DNA of 63,939 bases, counting the filler, from Octopus bimaculoides (lineage: Eukaryota): the NCBI RefSeq assembly GCF_001194135.2. It is 8 parts of 7 records of this genome, joined end to end, with 100 filler letters (N's around TTAATTAATTAA, not from the genome) between each part and the next. Parts side by side here need not be neighbours in the genome. Positions count along the whole stretch, not along the records: positions 17,076 to 38,934 come from NC_068987.1; positions 39,035 to 54,418 come from NC_068983.1; 6 more parts are not named here. One strand, written 5' to 3'. This document shows positions 36,215-49,118 of this stretch, in pieces. The notes under the pieces were generated by a model. That model did not search any database, was not told the DNA's origin, and saw only the letters and a program-made list of their open reading frames with translations. Every line of letters begins with the position of its first letter. The first letter of the stretch is position 1. Both the position numbers and the translations under genes were made by a program.

Positions 36215-36921
36215 CATAAATGCCTCACGCTATGAGGGACTCTTAAAGTCAAAACTACCATAATAAATAAATACAGTGTATCGAACGCGAGGGAATGCAA
36301 CTCTCGAAGTGAGCCTTTTAAAAACAGATTCAGCCACAGATCGTATGACTTCATAATTAGTGCACAAAATACACTTTTTAATCGTCAGTGCAGGCATAAT
36401 CAAGACACATAAAAATGAACAAAAATCAACAAACCAGACGAATACCAAATGTATAAAACATAGCATATTAGAGTTGTTCACTCGTATATATCTATGTAAG
36501 AGGTTTTTCACGCTGACTACTTGATAAATTCTTATAAAGATTTTATCCTATTTAAAAATTTTAAATTTAACCGGAATATATCCAGTGCTGATTTATTCTG
36601 AATATACACGTCTACCGAGATGCAATTCGAAAAGCCCGCCTAATATATAGATATATACGAGTGAACAACTCTAATGTGCTATGTTGTATACATTTAGTGT
36701 TCGTCTGGTATATTGATTTTTGTTCATTTTTATGTGTCTTTATTATGCCTGCACTGACAATTAAAAAGTGCATTTTGTGCACTAATTATGAAATCATGAA
36801 CTGTGACTGAATCTGTTTTTAAGGAGCTCGCTTCAAGAGTTGTATTCCCTTGCGTTCGGTACACTATATTTATTATGGTAGTTTTGACTTTAAGAGTCCC
36901 TCATAGCGTGAGGCATTTATG
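36215..36921. repeat. Long imperfect inverted repeat (foldback/MITE-like)
   Basis: Arms 36215-36495 and 36647-36921 are reverse complements with scattered substitutions; 151-bp spacer. Confidence 0.92.
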
Positions 36922-38731
36922 TGTAGTAATGCGCATCATATACAAAAATATGTTTAAAGGGAATCATTAAAAATTTTCCCTTATGAGGTGTTTTCACGCT
37001 GACTACTTGATAAATTCTTATAAAGATTTTATCATCTTATTTTAAAATTATATNNNNNNNNNNNNNNNNNNNNNNNNNNNNNNNNNNNNNNNNNNNNNNN
37101 NNNNNNNNNNNNNNNNNNNNNNNNNNNNNNNNNNNNNNNNNNNNNNNNNNNNNNNNNNNNNNNNNNNNNNNNNNNNNNNNNNNNNNNNNNNNNNNNNNNN
37201 NNNNNNNNNNNNNNNNNNNNNNNNNNNNNNNNNNNNNNNNNNNNNNNNNNNNNNNNNNNNNNNNNNNNNNNNNNNNNNNNNNNNNNNNNNNNNNNNNNNN
37301 NNNNNNNNNNNNNNNNNNNNNNNNNNNNNNNNNNNNNNNNNNNNNNNNNNNNNNNNNNNNNNNNNNNNNNNNNNNNNNNNNNNNNNNNNNNNNNACAGTA
37401 GACGACACCTGCTCAAGCCGCTACGCAGTGAGACTGAACTCGGAGGCATGTGGTTTTCTAGTGGGGGAAGAATGTAATGGAAAATAGGTCAGTTTCAAAA
37501 CATTAATGCCCAGGTCACAAAAGCGAAGTCATTTCCTTTGATTTCTTGATAGAAAGAAATGAGAAATAACACTCACTGACCAAAGACATAAAAAAAGAAT
37601 AATTTTGTTAAACAGTTTTATGGTTGTGTTTATATAACATCTTTTATGATATAAATGATATACATGTTTGTTGTTGTTTTATCTTTTATCTTTTACATTG
37701 TTTATATATATATATATATATATAAAGACGGATAACCGTTGATTTGAACATAAGTCTGCTACGTTTGAACCTAAGTCTGCCAAATAAGGACTGAACTGAA
37801 GGTGCAAAATAATTAAACAATAGCAAATACAATTTCGAAGTATTTTACTTTACCGTTACCTCGATAATGATCCTACAAAAGAGCGAATATTACATGTTCC
37901 CGTATCCCCTTCCCCAAAGAACAACAAAAACAATAGAAAAAACAAGATAAATAAAAAATGGCAAACACCAAACACAAGTAAATTTTTAAAAAATAAAATA
38001 AAAAACTGCTAATGTGACATTCCAACCGATTGTGCGATCTAATTTGAAATTCTGTTCAGAATAACTTTAATTTACATAGAAGCTATTTGCACTCCAATTA
38101 GGCACCAGCTACAAGATATTTGATATTTGTTATTTCCTGAAAAATTTGAAATATGCATTTGTAAGACGCAATTATTTGTTATCAAAGCACAACATAACAA
38201 TGTAGTTGACAAACAATGAAACTATGCTAACATTTTTCTTTCATTTGCTTGAACTTCGCTTACATTTTTATATATTCTTTTCTGTTTTCTTCCCGTGGAA
38301 ATTCTAAGCTTACCTCCACCCCCAGTAAAAAGGCAGTAAAATATATTATCTATTCGTACGCACATTCATAGATATTCAGATACACATGAGTATATGCAGA
38401 TCAAACATAAATCTATAAAGCAAACACCCATATATACATACACACCTCTGTATGCACAAGACATGTGCTCACACACACACGTTTAAATTTACCTTGTGTG
38501 AATAAGTGTGTATACATACATGTGTGTTTGGTTTATATGTGCATTATAGATAAGAGAATCTGCATGTGCGTGAGTATGTGTGTGTGTATGTGTGTATGTG
38601 TGCATGTGTGTATACGAATGGATGACTCTGTTTTCTTCCCGTGGAAATTCTAAGCTTACCTCCACCCCCAGAAAAAGGCAGTAAAATATAAAAGGGTAGG
38701 TGGGGGTATGTGGGCAGGTAGNNNNNNNNNN

Positions 38732-38934
38732 AACACAGACAGATGTTGCAAAGAGTGACCAGTAGAGCGGAAATGGCATGACACCGGGGTGTCATTGCCA
38801 AGGCAGATGTCTTCGAGGTGTTCCACGAACCGGTCAGCAAATCGGCATCCCGTTTGTCCGATGATGTACAGAGAATGGCAGAGAGAGCAGGAGATGCAAT
38901 AGATGATATTGGTAGAAGTGTAGGTGAAGGAGTC
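38732..38934 (-). mobile_element. Penelope-like element GIY-YIG endonuclease fragment between gaps
   Basis: DSFTYTSTNIIYCISCSLCHSLYIIGQTGCRFADRFVEHLEDI...PVSCHF...GHS, with no stop codon. Confidence 0.88.
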
Positions 38935-39290
38935 NNNNNNNNNNNNNNNNNNNNNNNNNNNNNNNNNNNNNNNNNNNNTTAATTAATTAANNNNNNNNNN
39001 NNNNNNNNNNNNNNNNNNNNNNNNNNNNNNNNNNATATATATATATATATATATATATACATGTCTGGTATGTGTTGCGTACCATTACTAATAAATGAAA
39101 AAATGCATTACAAATAAACTACAGATAAAATACATATAAATATAAGACACAGAGGGCCCCTAAATTATATATAAATATACATATATATATATAAGTGTGC
39201 GTGTGTGTTAAAAAAACACACATAAACATATATATATATATATATAAACATTGATAAATCTTTCTCCTTGTAATGATAAAGAAGCCTGGA

Positions 39291-39597
39291 AGCCTTGTGA
39301 GTAGATTTGTTAGATAGAAACTGAAAGAAGCCCATTGTATATATGCATGTACATATACGTGCATATGCGTGTGTGTTTCTTGCCTTGACATTGTGCAATA
39401 GCTGTTAACGAGCATCCCTATCATACAGTTTTCTTCATTTCCAATCTACCGTAGATAAATGTCTGGCCATGGAAAAGTATTATCTTGTTTGGAAACAGGT
39501 GAGTGTTAGAGACAAGAAGAATATCTAACCATTGGAAATCTACCTGAATGAATTCCATCTAACCCATACAAGAATGAAAAAGTAGGTGTTAAAATGA
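39291..39597 (+). mobile_element. SINE with family-A 5' part and RTE-like 3' tail (degenerate)
   Basis: AGCCTTGTGAGTAGATTTG...GAAACTGAAAGAAGCCC head segment; the tail CATCTAACCCATACAAGAATGAAAAAGTAGGTGTTAAAATGA resembles the RTE end at 49965-50003. Confidence 0.6.
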
Positions 39598-40299
39598 CAA
39601 ACCAATGATGAACTCTAAAAACATTACTTTTGCTCAATCAACAGAACAACAAACTCATTAAACTAAGGGGTGTATGTAGCTAAGTATTCCAAGTACACTT
39701 CTATGTTAAGTGTAATCTTCAAACGGAATCTATGTGTTCATTATGTGACAATGTTGCCCCATCAGAATAATAGAAACAGTCCTTCTGACAGGCTTCTACA
39801 GTTTCCTTCTACCTAGTTTCTTTGAGTCAATGATAGAAGCAGTATGTAGCTTCTTGAGCGGCAATAAATAACAACTAAATATTCTTATGTTATGAAAGGA
39901 AGTATAATCTAGGTTTCATTTATTATGTTTGAGTTGAAAAATAGGATAGTCACTTTGAATGCTGGTCTGCTAAATAATAGTTGCCCAGTTTCACTCCCAG
40001 AGCTTTGTAGAAGATACTTGCCTGTGGGTATCACACAGTGGAATCAAAATCAGGGCTTTGGAATTGTAAAACAAATATTTTAGATATTTAGTCATATCTG
40101 TACTCCATATCTTCCTTTCTTTCTGTCTGTCCTTTCCATTGTAGGGTGTTCTCTTTCACTTTGCTAACTCCTAGATGTCTCCAACAGTGCCAGTGCCACT
40201 AAATGCACTAAATAAACTCTGTAAGTGATTGGTAACTAATTTGATCAGTAACAGTGCAGAGCTTGAAAGGTCTTGCTAATGATAATGGAGCCTCTATAC

Positions 40300-40452
40300 T
40301 GCTGGTATCATGAAAAAAAATGCACCCTGTACATCTTGTAAAGTGATGGATGTTAGGAAAGGCATCCAGCCATAGAAACCAAGTTAAAATTGGAACATTG
40401 AATCCTATGCATGTAACACTGGAAAACAGATATAAGATGATGATGATAATGA
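40300..40452 (+). mobile_element. Degenerate RTE-tail-related element
   Basis: GTTAGGAAAGGCATCCAGCCATAGAAAC and a (GAT)n tail match the RTE 3'UTR at 49865-50013. Confidence 0.55.
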
Positions 40453-41030
40453 TGTGTATATGTTTATATACGTGTATAGTACAGGCTATTGAGAAATCCA
40501 TCAGAATGCATCTCTCTTTATGATATGAAAATCAAATGAAAATCAATAGAAAAATTTATTTTATGCTACAGGATTTTGCATTACGCCATCTAATGTATTC
40601 CTGAAAATCTTGCCGTCCTGTGAAATCCTGTGATGTGAAATTAATTTTCCCACTGATCTTCTTTTGATTTTCATGTTTTAAAGTGAGATTGTTCTTGTGA
40701 TTCTTCAACAAGACAAAAAAAAAAAAAGAAAAAAAAAGAAAAAATTATAAGCAACAAAACTGCTTTTATGCATTACAATAACAATTTCTAAACATATGCA
40801 GTATAATATGCATACATAAACACATTTCAAGAGAAATATGATAGGGAATAAATAGTAATTGTAATATTATAATAGGGACCATTCTCATCACAAAAGAGAG
40901 TTGACTACCATGAGAGATGGTGCAATGAAAGTGACAGGCAGTATTAGGGACACTGTCAGGGGAGACATATATATGTATGTACGTATGTGTGTCTGTGTGT
41001 GTGTGTGTGTGTATAAGGTATATATTTATA

Positions 41031-43371
41031 TAGGAGTTGGACAAAATAATGGAAACACCTTAAAATTTCAAACAAATTTATTTTAATATGGGGTAGGATC
41101 ACCTTTGGCAGTAATTACTGCTTGAATTCTATGAGGTATGGACACATACAAAGTTTGAATTGTTTCCAAAGGAATTTTTGTCCATTCCTCAGCTAAAACA
41201 GTCTCCAGTTCTTGTCGTGATGATGGTGGAGAATATCGACTCCTTACTTGTTTTTCTAAAATGTTCAACAATATTGAGAGCTGAGGACTGTGGTGGCCAG
41301 ATAAGATGTTCAACTTCACTAGAATGTTCCTCATGCCATTCATTAACAACTCTAGCTGTGTGAATTAGTGCATTATCATCCTGAAAGATTGCATTTCCCC
41401 CAGGAAGCAGTTCCGCAACCATAGGATGAATTTGATGAGATAAACTGCTTAAATAGTCTTGACCATTAATTCTGCCATGAAGGGAAATCAATGGACAAGC
41501 GGATTTCCAAGATATAGGCCTCCCCCGCCAGGTTATCACAGATCCTCCTCCTCCTCCTCATCATCATCATCGTTTAACGTCCGCTTTCCATGCTAGCATG
41601 GGTTGGACGATTTGACTGAGGACTGGTGAAACCGGATGGCAACACCAGGCTCCAATCTAATTTGGCAGAGTTTCTACAGCTGGATGCCCTTCCTAACGCC
41701 AACCACTCAGAGAGTATAGTGGGTGCTTTTACATATCACCCGCACGAAAATGGCCACGCTCGAAATGGTGTCTTTTATGTGCCACCCGCACAAGAGCCAG
41801 TCCAGGGGCACTGGCAACGATCTCGCTCGAAAACCCTACAAGGCCAGTCAGGCGGTACTGGCAATGGTCACGCTNNNNNNNNNNNNNNNNNNNNNNNNNN
41901 NNNNNNNNNNNNNNNNNNNNNNNNNNNNNNNNNNNNNNNNNNNNNNNNNNNNNNNNNNNNNNNNNNNNNNNNNNNNNNNNNNNNNNNNNNNNNNNNNNNN
42001 NNNNNNNNNNNNNNNNNNNNNNNNNNNNNNNNNNNNNNNNNNNNNNNNNNNNNNNNNNNNNNNNNNNNNNNNNNNNNNNNNNNNNNNNNNNNNNNNNNNN
42101 NNNNNNNNNNNNNNNNNNNNNNNNNNNNNNNNNNNNNNNNNNNNNNNNNNNNNNNNNNNNNNNNNNNNNNNNNNNNNNNNNNNNNNNNNNNNNNNNNNNN
42201 NNNNNNNNNNNNNNNNNNNNNNNNNNNNNNNNNNNNNNNNNNNNNNNNNNNNNNNNNNNNNNNNNNNNNNNNNNNNNNNNNNNNNNNNNNNNNNNNNNAT
42301 TCATTCTCACCACATGTCCAAACCAGCGCAATCGTCTCTCTTGCACACCACTACTGATGCTTCTTATGTTCAGCTTTTCTCTCAAGATACTTACACTCTG
42401 ATGGGTATGCACATTGACATTACACATCCCGCGGAGCATACTGGCTTCATTCCTTGCGAGCTTACGCATGTCCTCAACAGTCACAGCCCATGTTTCACTG
42501 CCATGTAGCATGCCTGTTCGTACACATGCGTCATACAGTCTGCCTTTTACTCTGAGTGAGAGTCCCTTTGTCGCCAGCAAAGGTAAGAGCTCTCTAAACT
42601 TGACCCAAGCTATTCTTATTCCTCCTCCGTGTTTAACAGTTGGAAGAAGGCAGTCTGGGTCAAATGTTTCTTTTGGTTGTCTCCACACATGTACTTGGCT
42701 GGTGGTTGGAAATAAGGTAAGGGATGACTCCTCCGAGAAAATAACATTCTTCCACTGCTCTAGGGACCAATTCTGTAGGTTTTTACTCCATTCTAAATGC
42801 TTTGCAACATTTGCTTTTGATAGTAGTGGTTTTCTGATTGCAGCCCTCCTATGAAATCCAGCTTTGTGCAGCTCCCAGTGAACAGTTTTTGTGGAAACTG
42901 GGTTCTCAAAGTGGTCATTAAGCTCTGCAGTAATTTTGGGAGCTGCACTTTTGTGATCCTTTCTCACAATTTGTGTAAGAGTCCAACGATTCCCATCTGA
43001 AAGTTTTGGTTTTCTTCCGGAGTTTTGTTTCGACGAGGAGGTTTTACCATCTTTCTGAAAGGTTGTCATTACTTTCAAGACAATGCTTCTTGATACACCA
43101 AGCATTTCGGCTGTTTTCATTATGCTAGTGCTGCCATACAAGCACCAACAATTTGACCTCTTTGAAAGTTTGATAGATCTGTCATTTTAATGAATTTTAA
43201 TTGACTTTTTCTGATATCTGAAAAGAAACAGCAATTTTAGTAAAACATATTAAGCAACACTAATAATAAATAAATAAAAAAATTAAAAAATAAGCTTCTG
43301 ATGATTTTATAGATATTTCAAAATTATGATGCTATGATGCTTGGTGTTTCCATTATTTTATCCAACCCCTG
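41031..43371 (-). mobile_element. Tc1-like transposon (DD36E spacing), both TIRs, interrupted by an RTE
   Basis: 29-bp TIRs at 41031-41059 and 43343-43371 (consensus CAGGGGTTGGAYAAAATAATGGAAACACC) with TA on both sides. Transposase runs from ATG 43185 to stop 41083 with GRKPKL, VIFSEES, KHGGG, FQDDNA and WPPQS motifs. Confidence 0.95.
41552..42619 (-). mobile_element. 5'-truncated RTE LINE nested in the Tc1
   Basis: IRIAWVKFRELLPLL...YDACVRTGMLHGSETW...RRLRWFGHVVRMN, repetitive 3'UTR and (GAT)n tail; TSD TCCTCCTCC at 42620-42628 and 41543-41551. Confidence 0.93.
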
Positions 43372-44217
43372 TATNNNNNNNNNNNNNNNNNNNNNNNNNN
43401 NNNNNNNNNNNNNNNNNNNNNNNNNNNNNNNNNNNNNNNNNNNNNNNNNNNNNNNNNNNNNNNNNNNNNNNNNNNNNNNNNNNNNNNNNNNNNNNNNNNN
43501 NNNNNNNNNNNNNNNNNNNNNNNNNNNNNNNNNNNNNNNNNNNNNNNNNNNNNNNNNNNNNNNNNNNNNNNNNNNNNNNNNNNNNNNNNNNNNNNNNNNN
43601 NNNNNNNNNNNNNNNNNNNNNNNNNNNNNNNNNNNNNNNNNNNNNNNNNNNNNNNNNNNNNNNNNNNNNNNNNNNNNNNNNNNNNNNNNNNNNNNNNNNN
43701 NNNNNNNNNNNNNNNNNNNNNNNNNNNNNNNNNNNNNNNNNNNNNNNNNNNNNNNNNNNNNNNNNNNNNNNNNNNNNNNNNNNNNNNNNNNNNNNNNNNN
43801 NNNNNNNNNNNNNNNNNNNNNNNNNNNNNNNNNNNNNNNNNNNNNNNNNNNNNNNNNNNNNNNNNNNNNNNNNNNNNNNNNNNNNNNNNNNNNNNNNNNN
43901 NNNNNNNNNNNNNNNNNNNNNNNNNNNNNNNNNNNNNNNNNNNNNNNNNNNNNNNNNNNNNNNNNNNNNNNNNNNNNNNNNNNNNNNNNNNNNNNNNNNN
44001 NNNNNNNNNNNNNNNNNNNNNNNNNNNNNNNNNNNNNNNNNNNNNNNNNNNNNNNNNNNNNNNNNNNNNNNNNNNNNNNNNNNNNNNNNNNNNNNNNNNN
44101 NNNNNNNNNNNNNNNNNNNNNNNNNNNNNNNNNNNNNNNNNNNNNNNNNNNNNNNNNNNNNNNNNNNNNNNNNNNNNNNNNNNNNNNNNNNNNNNNNNNN
44201 NNNNNNNNNNNNNNNNN

Positions 44218-44453
44218 AATCATTTCTTTCATTTAATCCCCATTTTAATTTTCGTAAAAGTTTCCAAGTACCAATGAGACTTTTTGGCACATCTTCAATT
44301 TTCCCCATTCATGAAAGGCGCCCAGCCATCATTCATCTGAGAGTCCATCTACAGAATGTCCTCAAATTTCTATACAGCATATTTTGCCTTTTTTTTCCTT
44401 CAAGTATATAAGCAACAATTTCATTCCCGAGCAACGCCAGGTGCCTCTGCTAG
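44218..44453 (+). mobile_element. Helitron-type non-autonomous 3' part
   Basis: Ends CCCGAGCAACGCCAGGTGCCTCTGCTAG followed by T. Confidence 0.65.
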
Positions 44454-44482
44454 TATATACATATATACATATACATATGTAA

Positions 44483-44865
44483 GAGTGGTTGTGTGGTAAG
44501 AAGCTTGTATCCCAACCACATGGTTCCGTATTCAGTCCTATTGCATGGCCACCTTGAGCAAGTGTCTTCTACCATAGCCTCAGGCTGACCAAAGCCTTGT
44601 GAGTGGATTTTGTAGGTGGAAACTGAAAGAAGCCCGTTGTATTTATTTATGTGTGTGTGTCTGTGTTTGTCTCCCTATTACCTCTTGACAACTGGTGTTG
44701 GTGTGTTTATTTCCCTGTAACTTAGTGGTTCAGCAAAAAAGACTGATACAATAAGTACCAGGCCTAAAAATAAGTACTGAGGTTGATTCATTCGACTAAA
44801 AATTCAAGGTGTTGCCCCACCATGGTTGCAGTCTAATGACTGAAACAAGATAAAAGATAAAAGAT
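44483..44865 (+). mobile_element. SINE family A, degenerate full copy
   Basis: Head, (TG)n centre and (GATAAAA)n tail. Confidence 0.85.
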
Positions 44866-46763
44866 ATATATATATATATATATACATACACATACATACA
44901 TTACACAGACATCCATATATCCTTATTCGCAAACCACAAACATACCTATAACATTATATTTGAGCTAGATAGAAACAACTTTTCATATAAATATATTATT
45001 TGAAACACAGCTATGTTCCACTTTTTCACTATATCATTTTTAGATACTTCCTTTTCAATGTTTTGGAAGAATGTTGTTCCAATGGCTATTATGTCATCAA
45101 TGTGTCAAGACATTTTTATTCTTCACTTTTTTATTGAACTTATTTGAACTGGTGGCTGCCAACAAGTCTGTGCAAACATTCTTTATGTAAATATACAAAC
45201 ATGAAAGTTGTAAAGAAAATTTGACAGAACACAAGTCAAATATAATAATATGAAACAGAATACCAAATCTCAAAGCACTTAAAAGATTAGTACAGCCTCT
45301 CTGTACTTAATCTCTGAACATGCAAGAAATAGTAGGCAAATCTCTGTGAAATTACACATCATCTTGAAAGAAGAACAATATATTAGGTAGCATTAGCTCT
45401 AGATATATTTGAATTTAAGAGTTAGACAAAATTTCTAATAGTCACAGATTCTCATTTTTACATCTTCAAGAAAAAAGAATCAAAACACAATAGAGTATAG
45501 AGAAGAAAACAAAATTAGATTGCGATACATGTACAAAAAATACAATCGTTTTAAATAGAGTATCTAATGTCAAAACATATAAAAGATCTGTTGATCCAAT
45601 GAAGCAGCCAGTACCTAGTCTCTCTATCTGCCAAAATGCAGTAGCCAAAATTTCTGACACGACAGTCATTTTAAAGAGGTAAAGATAATACTTTAGTCAA
45701 TGTAGTTCTAGATTTGCTATATCTGAATAAAAAAAAATATGACATGGTTATAACTAATAAAGCTGACTTGGAACTAAACAACAACAAGATTAGTTATGAA
45801 ATCAATCTTGATAATATAATATAACTAAATACTGATCATCAATATCAGACCTTAGAAACATATTCTGATTACAGATATTTGGCACCAATACTCAGGAAAT
45901 TTGATGTCTGAAGACAACTGAGGAGAAACAAAACCATAACAAAAATATTTCATCATTCACATATTCTTTTTAAAACTGAGAAAAGATAGAAGGACTGAAT
46001 CTCCCTTTACATGATAAATGTTAATTGTATCATAGTTCTGGAACCTTTTTATACAAGCAATTACAACAACAATACTAAAAACAATAACAAAAAATAAATG
46101 TTTTAAGGCTGTTTTCTTTGCCAAAGTTGAGGTTAACCTTGCAGATTCCAAGGTCAGCTTTCTTTTATTATTTTATCCTATATGCAAATACCCCACTCAC
46201 AAGTAAATTTGTTCTCATTTTCTCTTCTGTCATCATAAAGGTCTTTCCATGTCTTCCTCAGTTTTTCTGTCTCTTTATATCAGTCCACATTTATTTCCAT
46301 CACTCCTCTCATCATACTTCTATATCCATTTCTCTTCACATCTATTACTGAACCATTTCCATTCTTTTCAGCTATTCTCTATATTCATTACCTATGTTTA
46401 GCTCTCATAAATCATGACACTTCATATTCCAACAGCATTCACCTTTTCCTTCAGTTTCATCAACATTTCTCTCCTCATTAGCAAATCAATTATTTCACAA
46501 AACTTCTTTCATGTTCATTTCCCTCAAGTTACTTTGGAACAACGATTGTAGAGACCCATGCTGGATGTTTTTCTTTTGTGGGGCACCAGATGACATTCTA
46601 TTGTTTTTACTTGCAAAGGACTAATGTTCTACCACCCTTTTCATCTTCATATTTACACATTAACAAAAGTAACCACAAAGTTTCAAACTTTCATTAAAAA
46701 AGTTAACATGAACAGATGGACACTTATAAAACTTCCAGATGGTAAGAATACAAAGGTAGCCAT

Positions 46764-46978
46764 GGTTTCAAAATTTGGTGCATGACCAACAATTACAGAG
46801 GAAGGAGATAGTTGATTATATCAACCCCTGTGCCTAACTGGTATGCATTTTATTGACCCCAAAAGGATGAAAGGTAAAGTTGACCATAGCAGAATTTAAA
46901 CTCAGAACATAAAGATGGACAAAATACTGTTAAGCATTTTGCCCATTGTGCTAACAATTCTGCCAGCTCACTGCCTTA
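46764..46978 (-). mobile_element. SINE family B
   Basis: GGATGAAAGGTAAAG...AACTCAGAAC...TGCCAGCTCACTGCCTT. Confidence 0.8.
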
Positions 46979-47502
46979 ACAGCAAAAGTAATAATGAAGA
47001 TAATTAGAAATCAGCATATCTTTTTGAATTGCTTTTTTTTTTTACATTATTAGATTGAAATCTTATTGAGAAGAAGAATTATGTCCACAAAAAAAAGCAG
47101 ACAAAATCGAATTTTCTGGATTCTATGTTAAAATTACTTGGAGTAGACATCATAGAAAAATATTGATTGCACTTGTTTAATTGTTTCTATCATAGAAACT
47201 GTTAATTACACACTGCTTTGATTGAAAGCTGCAATAATAGCTGACATTGATGAAAGCATGGTCAGCGAGATAATCTGGCTGTTAGTCTCTACAATGTATG
47301 CTTCCTACAACCTCTTTCACTACAACTCCCAGTCAGAGGAAAACTGTTAGCCTATCCTTGCCACACAATATTGGTGGGGCATTTTTTTTTTACAAAGGAC
47401 TTGACTGACAGCTGGGTTTGTTCCATGTAACAACAGTGAAGCAGTCTTGCACTCACCATGCATGAATTGCTTCAATCATATTGCATGGTGACTTCACATA
47501 TA

Positions 47503-47719
47503 CGAATGGGTGCTGAAAAATTCCTGGCTTTAAGGGTATTGTGAAAGGCTTGGTTGGAGGCCCAAACTTCTGAGTTCTTTTACAGGGCTTAGAAAAACTG
47601 AAGAACTGCTGCAATAAATGTGTGAATCTGAGAGGGGAATATGTTGAATAAAATCATAATTAACTGATCTGCCTGTATTTTCTTTTATCCAAAGCAAGGA
47701 ACTTTTCAGCACCGCCTTG
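47503..47719 (+). mobile_element. mariner-derived MITE (internal deletion)
   Basis: Imperfect TIRs GGTGCTGAAAAATTCCTGGCTTT and AAAGCAAGGAACTTTTCAGCACC, TA at 47501-47502 and 47720-47721, and a C-terminal remnant GLEKLKNCCNKCVNLRGEYVE*. Confidence 0.85.
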
Positions 47720-48198
47720 TATAATATTGTTGTAACATCATCATAATGAACAAGTTTCTCCAAAAACAAGAAAAAAACTTCAACCCATGACTGGCAAATC
47801 ACTCTCAACACTCTAGTGTTACATGCATGAGAGTATTGATCAAGGACTGTGTTGTATATTCAAACATTTGAATATGCATCACAAAAGAAACTAATAAACT
47901 GATTTAGAAGGACTATTTTACCAACACATTTATGATTATGGCTAATTTACTACGTTTCTTTTTGTTCCTCTGAATTAGTATATTGCATATCATCTCCACA
48001 CCTATTACAACTCTCTGAGTTCTATACTTTGTTCCACATCACTACAGTACCATACTAAACATTTTTGAATTTTCCTACAAGTCCATGTTTTCCTACAAGA
48101 TTTTGTCCTACAAGACCATGTTTTTTTCCTACAGATGTCTGTTGCACATCACTTGTGTCAATCTGATCAATCTGAAAGAGATGTCAAAGAGCATTTGT

Positions 48199-48263
<65 letters not shown>

Positions 48264-48296
48264 CTTTCTCTCTGTCTGTGTCTGTCNNNNNNNNNN

Positions 48297-48359
<63 letters not shown>

Positions 48360-49118
48360 ATTTATCTATCTCTATCTTTCCTTATGTGTCATGTGTACAG
48401 GAGTTGGTGGTCATAGGACTCCATACCTTTGTACCCTAATTACAACTTACCACATTATTGGGCCAATATTTTTGAAGAGAAGTGCTGTATGGCTAATTAA
48501 TGAGAAAAAAATGTTCAACAAAATGTGTGAAAAAGAGAAAACAGTAATAAAAGAACAAAGAAAATTCCTTTTTGTTAAGAATAAATTTTAAAGTCTTTTT
48601 TAATCCTTTGTGTTATCTCTTCTCAGTACCATTTTCTAAGTTCAAATATGCAGCATTACATTCTCTCATGATTTTTTACTTGTCTGTTATTCTAGATACT
48701 GAAACAAAGTGGAGACTAGAACTGTGTATTTCTAGCAGGTATTGATTCCAATTGTAATAAGTATTTTCACCACCAATAATTAGTTTACATAACTTCCTTA
48801 GCAAATTATAATGAATTTTCCTGAATTGTTCTTATCTTAGTAAAAAGAAAAACAGGAATAAAAATAAAACTGACATGTTTTGGAATATTGGATGCTTTTA
48901 GCTTTTGCTATTTACAAACAGCATGATTGGTTTATTCAATTAAATTTTGGAGTTGGTTTTGGTTAATCCATTTTGTTTAGCTTATCAGTTGTAATGAAGA
49001 CAATCAATAGCCAAACAGATAAGCAGTTAACTTCTGTTAGAGATGGGATCTTAACACTGGTATCCTGCCATGTTCTCAGTAAACTACTAATCTTACCATT
49101 CATATTGTATATGTATAT

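Noticed and set aside
2122-44411. Long ORFs made mostly of X in the ORF track
   Set aside because: They are open only because N runs contain no stop codons.
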